From assembly GCF_006345805.1 (NCBI RefSeq), contig NC_043004.1, positions 7,068,001 to 7,132,000 on the forward strand: a stretch of DNA of 64,000 bases, written 5' to 3'. Of the stretch, positions 39,151 through 52,136 are shown piece after piece (positions within the stretch are counted from its first letter, which is position 1; every line of letters starts with the position of its first letter). The translations under genes and the position numbers were made by a program. Source of the DNA: Octopus sinensis. Taxonomy: Eukaryota. Below the pieces are notes generated by a model. It made no database searches. It was not told the DNA's origin and saw only the letters and a list, made by a program, of their open reading frames with translations.

Positions 39151-39242
39151 AAATGTACAGAGTAACCCATCAGATTAATGTAAAATTGCTTGAATTATGA
39201 CTGAATATGAAAGCAAACATTAAGATAGATATATATATATGT

Positions 39243-39944
39243 GAAGGAGCGGCTGTGTGGTAAGTAACTTGCTTACCAACCACATGGTTCCAGGTTCAGT
39301 CCCACTGTGTGGCACCTTGGGAAAGTGACTTCTGCTCTAGCCTCGGGCCGACCAAAGCCTTGTGAGTGGATTTGATAGATGGAAACTGAAAGAAGCTCAT
39401 TGTATATATATATATAACAATGATAAATGAAGGGAGCTGACTTCTCGTCGACAACCATGATTGTCACACGCTGATGAGAGGTAAACACCTTGAAACTCGT
39501 GTACGTGTGTATCATGAGTTGAAGACGGGGAGGATGACTTCTCTTCACAAATACTGAGAGGACACAGATAGTGTGTCTATAGCCAGCTGGAGGAGATATC
39601 TTCCTGGGGCTACAAACTACAGTAGCACCCACCCTTAGGGGTTAGCCATTTTCAAATGGCAAATAATTCGTCACGATATATATATATATATATGGGGGGG
39701 GTATTTGTGTGGGTGGGTGGGGTGGGTGCATATATATGTTCGTTTGTCTGTGTTTGTCTCAGCCTCATCGCCTGACAACCGATGCTGGTGTGTTTAAGTC
39801 CCTGTAACATAGCAGTTTGGCAAAAGAGACTGATAGAATAAGCACTAGGCTTACAAAGAATAATTTGTCGATTTGTTTGACTAAAAAGGGGGTGCACCAG
39901 CATGGCCACAGTCAAATGACTGAAGCAAGTAAAAGAGTAAAAGA
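39243..39944 (+). mobile_element. SINE family A carrying a ~260-bp insert in its (TA)n tract
   Basis: SINE 5' half at 39243-39416 and 3' half from about 39676. Confidence 0.75.
39456..39516 (+). ncRNA. Type I hammerhead ribozyme
   Basis: Stem I CACACG/CGTGTG extended by CATGAT/ATCATG. Core CTGATGA (39471-77). Stem II GAGGT-AAAC-ACCTT. GAAA (39492-95). Stem III AC-tcgt-GT. Cleavage triplet GUA, cut after 39503. Confidence 0.8.
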
Positions 39945-40069
39945 GAATATATATCATCAGTAAATCATAAACTCAAAAGAGAAGCACACTCTCACTTATT
40001 GAACAGCAGAGTATATAGATAAAGAGAGATATGGCTGGGTTTGGCATCTATAGAGCACTTAGCTTTACT

Positions 40070-40335
40070 TTGGGAGAGCAATGCCTGTCATTGCCACAGA
40101 TGGAGGTAGCGGGTTAAGGAGTGGGGTCAACACCTTCGAAAGAGCACGTATTCCGCATGAAGAATTTAAGCATGCTGCTTGAAAGTGCAAGCATAGAGAA
40201 TGGGGGAAGCTTGGTTTGCAATGTTTGCAGTCATGTATGATGGTCAAGAGCAGGGCTCAGTAGCCATCAATGGAGCTGCAAATGCAAAATATAAGTTAGT
40301 CCTAGAGCGCACAATGTTCCTTAAGGTCAGCAATG
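40070..40335 (-). mobile_element. Possible decayed LINE RT C-terminal fragment
   Basis: Stop-riddled frame LLTLRNIVRSRTNLYFAFAAPL...NQASPILYAC...ILHAE resembles the LINE region after the RT domain. Confidence 0.3.
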
Positions 40336-41067
40336 GTGTTCCTCAGTCACGAGTGGATGGCCATCATCATGTATGTATGTATGTATGTATTTTTGTATGT
40401 ATGCATGTATGTGTGTATGTATGCATGTATGTGTGTGCGTTTGTGTTTTCCTCCACCACCACCACCACCGCTTGACAATCAGTTTTGGTTTGTTTATGCC
40501 ATTGTAATTTAAAAGTTCAGCAAGAAGAAACTGGTTGAATAAATGCCAAACATGAAAAAAAAAAAACAAATACTGAAGTTAACTTACTCAACCAAACCCC
40601 TCGACCAAACTCCAGCATGGTCGCAGTCTGATGACTAAAACAAATAGAAGATAACAGTGCAAATCCAGGGGCTTACAATCTTATATGGCAGACATAAAGG
40701 AAATTTGAAATTAAGAATTTGAATTAAGTTCATATCCAAACAACATACTAAAGTCTGTGAAAGTTTACCAATGAAGGACTTTGCTAGTTTGTAGTTTCCA
40801 TAAGTAGTGTACAATGTGTGAATACAAAATAGTCTCACTAAGTTGTGTGAAGGTGTTATGCAAGGGTTGGCAAACTCTGAGACCTGCAAGTCAAATCTGG
40901 TTTATGGCCTCATTTGATTTGGTCTGCCAACTTTATTGAATATGTGTCATTGCATGGAAAAATATTTTGTTTATTTTATTTATCTTTCGTTAACTGATAT
41001 CAAATTGTAAAATTTTGTATTAAGAAATAGAGCAATGTTTTATGTTAAATAAAATAAATAAACAAAT

Positions 41068-41312
41068 GCGCCCTTTTAAAGCCTAGCCAGGCTCATGGGC
41101 CCAGTTTCCCGGTTTCTATGGCGTATGTGTTCCCCAGCTGGACAGGACACCAGTCCATTGCAGCATTACTCATTTTTGCCAGCTGAGTGGACTGGAGCAA
41201 TGTGAAATGAAGTGTTTTGCTCAAGAACACAACACATCACCCAGTCCAGGAATCGAAACCACAATCTTACGATCATGGTGCTGACACCCCAACCACTAAG
41301 CTACATGTCTCC
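41068..41312 (-). mobile_element. tRNA-derived SINE
   Basis: Minus-strand head tagcttagtggttggggtg...gtttcgattcctgg (A and B boxes), then gtgttcttgagcaaaacactt. Confidence 0.7.
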
Positions 41313-41730
41313 ACATGTTTTATGTTAACAGGATAACATTTAAGAGAGAAAAACTTCTTCACTTGCAAAAAAAATTGTGAATTTTGCAGGGTACAACAGA
41401 GATCAACAATGTACCATAGACTATCACAACAGATTCTAAGAAAGGAGGAAGACAAAAAAATATTTACTTGTCTAATGAAGAAAAGAAATAAAATGGCTAG
41501 CACCATATTTACCCTTAAGTCACAATCACTCTCATTTGACCATCTCAAAAATATTTTAATTTTTCATTGTTTGCCATGGTGTACATGACACATACATCAT
41601 CAAATGTACAATTATTCCTTCATTACAAGATCATTGCTGATTCAATGTAATTGTCTATTCAATATTGCTTTCAAATTTTGGCACAAGGCCAGCAATTTCA
41701 GGGAAGTGAGTAAGTTGATTAGATTGACCC

Positions 41731-42070
41731 CGGCGCATGGCTCAGTGGTTAGAGCGTCGAGCTTACGATCGTGAGGTTGTGAGCTCGAATCCCGGACCGG
41801 GCTGCGTGTTGTGTTCTTGAGCAAGGCACTTTATTTCATGTTGCTCCAGTTCACTCAGCTGTAGAAATGTGTTGCGACGTCACTGGTGCCAAGCTGTATC
41901 GACCTTTGTCTTTCCCTTGGATAACACTGGTGGCGTGGAGAGAGGAGGCTGGTATGCATGGGCGACTGCTGGTCTTCCATAAACAACCTTGCCCGGACTT
42001 GTGTCTAGGAGGGTAACTTTCTAGGTGCAATCCCATGGTCATTCATGACCGAAGGGGGTCTTTACCCCCT
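41731..42070 (+). mobile_element. tRNA-derived SINE with CORE-like centre
   Basis: ggcgcatggctcagtggttagagcg...gagctcgaatcccgg head and tgtgttcttgagcaaggcactt centre. The cloverleaf is not complete. Confidence 0.75.
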
Positions 42071-44869
42071 TTTTTAGTGCTCAACTGGTACTTATTTTAT
42101 GGACCCCGAAAAGATAAAAGGCAAAGTTGACCCTAGTGGAATTTGAACTTATAACATAAAGATGAATGAAATGCTGCTAGGGCATTTTTCCCGGTGTACT
42201 AACAATTCTGGCAGCTCACTGCCTTAATTTTCTATTCAATATTACCATCTTTTCAGAGGCAACAAGCTGCAGAGTTGTTAGTGTGCCAAACAAAATACTG
42301 AGTAGTATTTTTTCCAGCTTTATGTTCTGAGTTCAAATTTTGTCAAGGTTGACCTTACTTTTCACTCTTTCAAGATCAATAAAATAAGTCTCAGTTGAGC
42401 ACTGGGATCAGTGTAATTGATTAGTTCCCTCTCACAAAATTTCACTCCTTGTGCTGATAGTAGAAAGAATATTACTTTTCTACTCTAGGCACATGGCCCA
42501 AATTTTGGGGGGAGAGGGGCAGTCAATTAGATCGACCCCAGTGGTACTTAATTTATTGATCCCAAAAGGATGAAAGGCAACGTAAAGACAGATGAAATAC
42601 CGCTAAGTATTTCACCCGCTGTGCTAATGTTTCTTATTTCTTTACTGCCCATAAGGGCCAGACTGGAAATATTATAATGGTGACAAACAAAGACAGACAA
42701 ATGGATTAAGTCGATTATATCATCCCCAGTGTGCAACTGGTATTTATTAATCAATGCCCAAAAGGATGAAAGGCAAAGTCGACCTCGGCAGAATTTGAAT
42801 TCAGAACGTAAAGACAGATGAAATACCGCTAAGCATTTCGCCTGGCATGCTAACGTTTCTGCCAGCTCTCCACCATAGAAAGAATATTACTGTCTGTCCA
42901 ATATGTCCATCTATTCCATGTGGCATCACATAAAAGAGTGAGTGCAGTGTCCTTGTGGCATCATATGAAAGTGTCCTTGCAGTGTCATATAAAAGTGCCT
43001 GTATGGTGCCACATAAAAGCAGACAGCACACTCTGCAAAGTGGTTGGTGTTAGGAAGGGCATCCAGCCATAGAAACCAGGCCGAATCAGACTGGAGTCTG
43101 GTGCAGCTCCCCAGCATGTCTCCTCTGGTCACACCATCCAACTCATGCTAGCATAGACAACAGCCATTAAATGGTGATGATGACGATGATGATGATTCAG
43201 TATTACTAGATAAACAGCCACAGTTGATGTATAAAGCTATTTTCTCAGACTTAAATGGATAATTTTTAATTTGATTTCACCCAAGAGATATAATATTTCC
43301 AGTCTGACCTAAAAAACATGAAAACATTTGTAGTCCTACCTGCCTCTAATAAACTTTGCCAATTCTTGGAGGAAGGTATGAGATAGAGAATATTTCACTC
43401 AACAGCTATGATGTGTATATTTTATGTAGTTCTTGGTTATGGCTGGTCAGAAAGTTACCATTGGTTTCATGTCTATTATTGCTCTAAGTAATATAAGTGA
43501 TGTGGGATGACGTCAGCAGCTGGGTGCGTTGACCGGAAGTTGGGGCAACCGGAAGGGGCAGCCGTGAGGCGTGCGCAGGGAGCGGGGAATTTGGCTTTTC
43601 CAAGGAGGGTCGTCGAGGTGTTAAGACATGTGAAGACGTTGCTAAGGTTGGGTGAAGCAGCTGCTATCTTTAGCGTTTGGGTCGGGGCCGTGACGAAGGA
43701 TCCGTTACCACTGAAGGGTCTCTATCAGAGCGAAGAGAAGGTAGGTGCCTTTATATATCGACTATCTCGCACACACCACAAGCTATTTCGGCGACATTGA
43801 TGTGGTTGAAATCATCTGCTCTCCGAAGCCAGGCTGCGTCCTCCACCGCAGCACCTTTGATTGCCAACACAACCCCTATCGCTATACTGCTAGCCTCACC
43901 ACCAGCAACATAACTGATGAAGCAAATGAAAGAGCTTCCCCAGCCAACATGCCAGCCCAGCCAAACACCACCACCATCAGCGCCACCAAGTACAGAGACA
44001 ACACCATCACCATCACCACCAACAACTGCAGAAGCATCCAAGAAAAGGAAAAGAACTAACCTCTCATCCCCTAAAACCCATACATCACATTCCACAGACC
44101 CACTAACCAGAGATACATAATCTCTTTACTAATGGAGGTAAGAATACAGTTTGGAGAGTATGGAGGTGAAAAAACCCCTGAAATGAAATTCTCCAAAATG
44201 AAAAACCCTCTTGAGAGAGACAAAGCCATATTCCTTTGAACGGTTCCAGTTGTGTCTGAAAAGGATCAGTTTGTGTATGTTTTCTGATCACTAATTAGCA
44301 AGTAGAGAAATGCATGTTTCTAACACAAATTTTCTATCATGAAGGTACTGACCAAACATCTCACTTTTTGAATTTAAGATGGCCCCTCAGATCAAGCAAA
44401 TCCTTTAGCACCCTTGCCCTTTTGGCCAAGCAAAGTTTGCATTGTCTACTTCCATTGCAGTATGGTCCAGGTTATTCCAGGAGCCATATAGGAATGAATA
44501 AAGTAAATATCTATGTATGTCTATGTTACATAACATGGACCACTAATGTTAGTGTTGGGCTACAAAGAGAGCAAGTTAAAATAGGAGAATTAATTTTAAA
44601 ATTTGTCACATTTTAGTTTAGTTATACTAATTTTTCCTTATGTCAACATAAGTTCATATATTTTAGGGGAGGAGTGTAGTAAATTTAATCAATACTAATT
44701 TGCTGTTACTTATTTTATTAAGTCTGGAATAATAAAATTAATAAAATGCATTTTATTAATTCTGGCAGAATTTGAACTCAGAATGTAAAGAGACATAACT
44801 AAATATCACAAACAGTTTTGTCCAATATTTTACTGATTCTGCCAAGTTACATCTTATATAACAGATCTA

Positions 44870-46140
44870 TCAAGTTGAGTAAAAATTAAGCAACGTTTTG
44901 AACCACAAAGAATTTGTACTGGATTTTTGCAGAGTTTTGAATTTTTTCAAACATTTTTTTGCAATTGCCTGATAATACAGACACAGACTTTCCCAAATGC
45001 ATTAATAAATTAACATTGATATTTTTTCACCATTGTTACAATAATCTGAAATGGAACTGTCAAAGCGAGATGTTTGAGCAATTTTGCTATTCAACTTCAA
45101 AAAAGGGCATAAAGCATCTGAAACTGCTCGTGATATCAATAAAACATTTGGAGAGGAAATGACCAGTGAGTGGTCAGCTTGAAAATGGTTTAAACGATTT
45201 TGCAGTGGAGAGCTGAGCCTTGAAGATTGTCAGCATAGTGGACGCACATCTGTCATCGATGACAGTCAATTAATGACTATCATTGAGAAAGATCCACTTA
45301 AAACCACTTGAGAACTGGCAAAAGTACTTCAAGTTAGCAAGAAAACTGCCTGCAACCATATGCATGTGATCAGAAAATCAAAAAAGCTTGACAAATGGGA
45401 ACCACACATTTTGAATGAAAATCAGAAAATGCGCAGATATGAAATTTGCTCGTCGCTTCTCTGTAACTAGACTGATCCATTTCTTGACCTAATTGTAACT
45501 TGCAATGAAAAGCAGATTCTGTACAATAATAAAAAACTTTCTTCACAGTGGCTGGACCAAAATGAAGCACCAAAAACCTTCCCTAAACTTGAGTTCTTCA
45601 AAAAGAAGGTTATGGACTGTTTGGTGCTGTACTGCTGGACTCATCCACTATGACTTTTTAAAACCTGGAAAAACCATTATTGCAGAAACATATTGCCATG
45701 AAATTGCCAAAATGAATGAAAAACTGCTACTCCTCCATCCCAGATAGGTCAACAGAAGAGAGCCAATCATTCTTCATGACAATGCTTGACCACACATTTC
45801 ACTAATGACACACCAGAAGTAGAGGGAACTTGGCTACAAAGTTCTTCCCCACCCAGCTTATTCCTCAGACATATCTCCTACTGACTATCACTTTTTCAAG
45901 CACCTTGATGGTTTCCTGTGAGAGAAGGAATTAAAAAAATCAAGCTGATGCTGAAAGTGCATTCAAAGAGTTCATCAGCTCCAGAATTCCAGATTTTTAA
46001 GTTACCAGAATAAACAAACTTTAGCAAAAATGTGTTGATTGTAATGGTACTTACTTTGATGAATAACATTTCCACATTATTGAAATATATTGTGATGAAT
46101 TTCATGTTTCAAAACGTTGCTTACTTTTTACTCAGCCTGA
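44870..46140 (+). mobile_element. Full-length dead mariner transposon (1271 bp)
   Basis: TIRs tcaagttgagtaaaaattaagcaacgttttgaa / ttcaaaacgttgcttactttttactcagcctga, with TA on both sides. Confidence 0.92.
45051..46066 (+). pseudogene. Mariner transposase pseudogene
   Basis: MELSKRDV...KWEPHILNENQK...IVTCNEK...LHDNA*PH...HPAYSSDISPTDYHFFKHL...QKCVDCNGTYFDE, with several stops and frameshifts. Confidence 0.9.
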
Positions 46141-47964
46141 TATAATAATAAATGCAAAATTCTGTCTGTCCGGGACCTTTGTATCTCACTCTACATTTGT
46201 TCCCTATAAACATATTATACATTTTTGGAATCAAGATGATCCCAGGATTGAAAATCTGCCCTTTGTTTGGTTATTGAACATCCAGCATGGGAAACTGATT
46301 TAAAAGCATTTGGGTTGCTATATCTAGCAGGTAAAGCTTGGCTGATTCATACCAACTTGGTTGGCATTTGTCAGATGATGTCAGAGATCAAGGGGGAGAT
46401 AAATGACATTTGGTTCGTAAATTTTACAAGAACATTTGGACAAATTGGCAACAGTTGGAATTCAACTTAGGACTGGTGCATTACAGAATGCTTGCATTCC
46501 AGATTTAATCCTCATCTGTCTTTAACATCTGGTCAAATACCACTAGGGCATATAGTTATTATAGACGTATTATGGTCATGCTATTTAGCTCACTTTAGTT
46601 TTGGGCCAGAGGCCCAATTAGCCTTCTTCAGGAGCTAGTTTTTAAAAGTCTGCAAGGAGTGCAGCTTCTAAGCCAATATTAAATATTTGTGAACTAATTT
46701 ACTTTTTAATGGTAGAACTCAAAACAGATATAGCCATAAATAACAGCATGTATATATTGAGTTAAAACAACTCTTCAGTTTGAAAAGGCTTTTGACTTTT
46801 GTATCCAAAGGATTTTTCTTTTCTTTTTTTTTTTAAACCAATATCTACATGCTATTATTTATAGGTTTATTAAGGCAGTGAGCTGGCAGAATTTTGTTCA
46901 TATTTATGTTCTGAGTTCAAATTCTACTGGCATCAACTTTGCCTTTCATCCTTTTAGGGGACGATAAATTAAGTACCAGTGAAACACTGGAGACGATGTA
47001 ACTGACTGGTCTCCTACCCCCAAATTTCAGGCCTTGTGCCTTTAGTAAAAAGGATTATTTATAGCTTTATTTATCTCAAGTTCTACCTTTAAAAAGCAAA
47101 TTATTTCATGTCTCAAGTTTCTAAATACTTACGATGTAAATTAGTATTTGTATATGAATTCATAGCAGGCACAGAAACATCATTTGTGGTAAGCTAACAT
47201 ATTTATCATCTTACATATAAAAAATAAGCTAGAGGCAAAAATTTCATTTTACAGAGATAGCAAATTTGGATTAATTTGCATACTGTGAAGAGATATAAGT
47301 CATGATGTTTTGAGCAAAGCATTTAAAGCAAATCTCTCATGTTGATATTTGTGCAACATCTGCAACTTAATAAAATCCTCAAATCGGCAGCTTGCTTTTG
47401 TCAGTGGCTATTTACCACCATACAGGCTGGTGTCAACAGACACCAACTAACAACTGCCACATCAGTTGTTAGTCTACCCTAATGCACTGGCATCAATGGA
47501 CATGCCTATGTCACTGTTTTCCAGACCAATCAGTTGGTTCAACAGCTCATTCATTCATGTTGGTGCACTGCCCTGGCTCTCCAATGGTTATGACATGGAA
47601 TGCTATATTTGATATGAGCAACTAAGCAGCCTGCTTGTGAAATTAATGTGCAGGTGGCTGAGTACCTCACAAACATGTGTATCCAGAATGTAATTCTCAG
47701 GGCCGTTCAGCATGACACAGGATAGACAAGGCTGGGCCTTTGATTTATAGGTACAACTTATTTTTGCCAGCTGAGTGGACTGGAGCAATGAGAAATACAG
47801 TGACATACTCAAGGATACAACATGCTGCTGGGAATCAAACTCACAACCATACAATCATGAGCCAAACACCCTAACCACTAAGGTATCCACCTCCAGATGC
47901 ACTAATCTCAACAGATGTTGCTAATCAGCTAGTGTTCCTACTTTATCAACAGATGTACTTAGAT

Positions 47965-48303
47965 CAGTGGTTCTTAACTGCGATACATATGGCCCCTGAG
48001 GATCTGTATAAAATTTTTGGGGTCCATATAACAAGATAGGAAATTGGGGACTCACAATTGCATTTTAAAGACCACTGAAAAAATTTTGCTTTAGATGTAT
48101 GTATTGGTATGTATTGCGAGAAACAGCTAGGTTTCTTTCTCATTGTACATAGTTCAATGCACACAAGTTAATGAGTGAAAAACAAAATAGGAATTTTGTA
48201 TGAAGTGTTTATAAAACTAGATTTTGAACATTGAATGGCTAAGAGGGCCCACCAGAATAAAATAATAATCAAAAGGTTGATAAAAAATGGTTGAGAACCC
48301 CTG
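47965..48303. mobile_element. hAT-type MITE
   Basis: Ends cagtggttcttaac / ggttgagaacccctg. TSD acttagat / acgtagat (7/8). Same family as the 9851 element. Confidence 0.75.
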
Positions 48304-49161
48304 ACGTAGATCATCACATTTTATAAGCAATCAGTGACTCAAGCTGCTGGTGTTATGCTAACAATTGTTGCTGCTGAGAGAGATTATGAGCTGGAATTGC
48401 TTGTAGTGATCATTGGTGTTCAGCTCAGCCCAGCCCAGACTGGCAGGGCCAATTGAAACAGCCCAGGTATGCAGTACCAGATCATGGAGTACAAGTTGAC
48501 ACAGCAGCGATGGTACTGCAGCAGTTCTCCACTTGAATTTGAACCTGAACTTTTGCTTTCCATTTCTGAAAATTTTAATAAGCTAAAATAGGATCTTCAG
48601 ATTGAGTAATGATGTTAGCAGACTTGTGGCCAATGAAATTACATAGAAATATGCCTCACATTTTTGAGTGATGTCAGAACAAATTAGTCCAATCAAACTT
48701 GATCTGGAGTACAAAAAGAGAAACCAGGTTTAAAGAGAGAAGAGAAAGATTGTCAGGCAGACATTGACAAATAATGGACATAGGAAAACTGAGGACTGAC
48801 GCAGTCATGCATTAAGTTCGGCTAAATTCGATATCAATTGTTGTTTGACAATCAAACCTGCAAACATAACATTCTGCAACAACCAATAACCAAATTGCTA
48901 TTCATTAAAAAAAAAAATCAGCCAGGGCAAGAGACATGTGTATTCATTCATTCTCTTCTTCTCTCTTTCTCTCCCTTCTCACTCTCATGCAAGTGGCGTC
49001 CTTCACGTCTAGTCATGGGGAAATGTTACCTTATTTAGAAACTGAGCGTTGATGGCAGGAAAGGCATTTGCCTGTAGAAAATCCATCCTGACATATTTTA
49101 TCCAACCCATGTGGGCATGGAAAATAGGATTTTAAAATAATGATGATAAATATATACGTTA

Positions 49162-51559
49162 TCCCGTGGCCCCTACCTGGGACGTAGTCGATCCACCTGT
49201 GCATACCTTCCTTCTTGTGACACTTGTGAAGACCTGCTGAGGCAAGTGAAAATCAATCAAAATAAATCAATCAAAATAGATGAACATCAATGGAATTTGT
49301 ATCTTTGTGGTACCAGTGCCTGTGGCACACAAGAAAACCATCCGAACGTGGCCGTAGCCAGTACCGCATCGACTGGCCTCCGTGCTGTGGGAACATGGTG
49401 GCACATAAAAACACCATCCGAAGACCCGGCAAGACTAGTCAGGTCATAACCCGTGGGCCCTACCTGGGACGTAGTCAGTCCACCTGTACATACCTTCCTT
49501 CTTGTGACACTTGTGAAGACCTGCTGAGGCAAGTGAAAATCAAATCAAATCAAATCAAAACAAATCAAAATAGATGAACATCAATGGAATTTGTATCCTT
49601 GTGGTACCAGTGCCGGTGGCACACAAGAATCCATCCGAACGTGGCCGTAGTCAGTACCGCTTGTGGTACCAGTGCCGGTGGCACACAAGAATCCATCCGA
49701 ACATGGCCGTAGTCAGTACCGCATCACTGGCCATCGTGCTGTGGGCACATAACAAACACCATCCGTCGTGGCCGTTCGCCAGCCTCATCTAGCACCTGTG
49801 TCGGTGGCACATAAAAACACCTTCCGAAGACCCGGCAAGACTAGTCAGGCCATAACCCATGGCCCCTACCTGGGACGTAGTCAGTCCACCTGTGCATACC
49901 TTCCTCCTTGTGATACTTGTGAAGGCCTGTTGAGGCAAGTGAAAATCAAATCAAAATCAAATCAAAATAGATGAACATCAATGGAATTTGTATCTTTGTG
50001 GTACCAGTGCCGGTGGCACACAAGAGAAAACCATCCGAAAGTGGCCGTAGCCAGTACCGCATCGACTGGCCTCCGTGCTGTGGGCACATGACAAACACCA
50101 TCCGATCGTGGCCGTTCGCCAGCCTCATCTAGCACCTGTGTCGGTGGCACATAAAAACACCATCCGAAGACCCGGCAAGACTAGTCAGGCCATAACCCAT
50201 GGCCCCTACCTGGGACGTAGTCAGTCCACCTGTGCATACCTTCCTTCTTGTGACACTTGTGAAGACCTGTTGAGGCAAGTGAAAATCAAATCAAAACAAA
50301 TCAAAATAGATGAACATCAATGGAATCTGTATCTTTGTGGTACCAGTGCCGGTGGCACACACTTTGTGGTACCAGTGCCGGTGGCACACAAGAGAACCAT
50401 CCGAACGTGGCCGTAGCCAGTTCCGCATCGACCGGCCTCCATGCTGTGGGCACGTAACAAACACCATCCGATCATGGCCGTTCGCCAGCCTCATCTGGCA
50501 CCTGTGTCGGTGGCACATAAAAACACCTTCCGAAGACCCGGCAAGACTAGTCAGTCCACCTGTGCATACCTTCCTTCTTGTGACACTTGTGAAGACCGGT
50601 TGAGGCAAGTGAAAATCAAATCAAATCAAAATAGACAAAATAGATGAACATCAATGGAATTTGTATCTTGTGTTACCAGTGCCTGTGGCACACAAGAAAT
50701 CCATCAGTGCCATAGTCAGTGCGGTGGGCACATGACAAACACCATCCGATCGTGGCCGTTCGCCAGCCTCATCTAGCACCTGTGTCGGTGGCACATAAAA
50801 ACACCATCCGAAGACCTGGCAAGACTAGTCAGGCCATAACCCATGGCCCCTACCTGGGACGTAGTCAGTCCACCTGTGCATACCTTCCTTCTTGTGACAC
50901 TTGTGAAGACCTGTTGAGACAAGTGAAAATCAAAACAAATCAAAATAGATGAACATCAATGGAATTTGTATCTTTGTGGTACCAGTGCCGGTGGCACGTG
51001 GCACATAAGAAAACCATCCGAACGTGGCCGTAGCCAGTACCGAATCGACTGGCCTCCGTGCTGTGGGCACGTAACAAGCACCATCCGATCGTGGCCGTTT
51101 GCCAGCCTCATCTGGCACCTGTGTCGGTGGCACATAAAAACACCATCCGAGCGTGGCCGTCTGCCAGCCTCGTCTGGCACCTGTGTCGGTGGCACATAAA
51201 AACACCATCCGAGCGTGGCCGTCTGCCAGCCTCGTCTGGCACCTGTGTCGGTGGCACATAAAAACACCATCCGAGCGTGGCCGTCTGCCAGCCTCGTCTG
51301 GCACCTGTGTCGGTGGCACATAAAAACACCATCCGAGCGTGGCCGTTTGCCAGCCTCGTCTGGCACTTGTGTCGGTGGCACATAAAATCACCCACTACAC
51401 TCTCGGAGTGGTTGGCGTTAGGAAGGGCATCCAGCTGTAGAAACACTGCCAGATCTGACTGGACTGGTGCAGCTTTCGGGCTCCCCAGACCCCAGTTGAA
51501 CCGTCCAACCCATGCTAGCATGGAAAGCGGACGTTAAATGATGATGATGATGATGATGA

Positions 51560-51562
<3 letters not shown>
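49162..51562 (+). repeat. Tandem array of six ~290-410 bp units of a LINE 3' segment, then 62-bp subrepeats and the LINE (GAT)n tail
   Basis: The anchor gaag(a/g)cc..tgag recurs at 49228, 49515, 49921, 50261, 50591 and 50905. 62-bp units start at 51101, 51163, 51225, 51287 and 51349. Standard tail at 51390-51562. Confidence 0.9.
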
Positions 51563-51612
<50 letters not shown>

Positions 51613-51630
51613 CATGTGCGTGTGTGTGTG

Positions 51631-51674
<44 letters not shown>

Positions 51675-52015
51675 TTTATGTACACCTACACATATGTATG
51701 TATCTATGTATGTACAGGAGACTAAGGGGACCCACCCACAACTACAAAGGGTCCACCTGCAACTACAATGTTATCATTTAACTTTTTTTTTGTTAAAAGT
51801 ATTCTTTTCAACTGTCTATATACACAGCCAGGCTAAAATAATTCATACATTCTTCCAGGAGTGCATTAAAAAAATTCTCGAACTTGAGGGGATGTGCCCT
51901 TTAGATACTAACATGAGCCCCCATATATGGATTCTAATGGCACAGGGGCCCACTTGCCATCAGGCAAGCTGGCAACCTGGCCAGTCTGCCACTGTGTATG
52001 TATGTATGTATGTAT

Positions 52016-52116
<101 letters not shown>

Positions 52117-52136
52117 CATACATATATATATAACGC

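Noticed and set aside
41731-41805. tRNA genes here and at 61275-61350
   Set aside because: Acceptor stems do not close and both continue into SINE bodies.
43908-43940. CTGATGAAGCAAATGAAAG hammerhead-like string
   Set aside because: No stem II pairing and no stem I complement.
49228-49255. Hammerhead-like CTG(C/T)TGAGGCAAGTGAAA in each array unit
   Set aside because: A6 is not conserved, stem II cannot form and there is no stem I/III partner. It folds instead as a CACTTG/CAAGTG hairpin.
49162-51388. CRISPR-like appearance and many 60-150 aa ORFs in the array
   Set aside because: Eukaryotic LINE-derived tandem units with no unique spacers and no cas genes. The ORFs are repeat translations.
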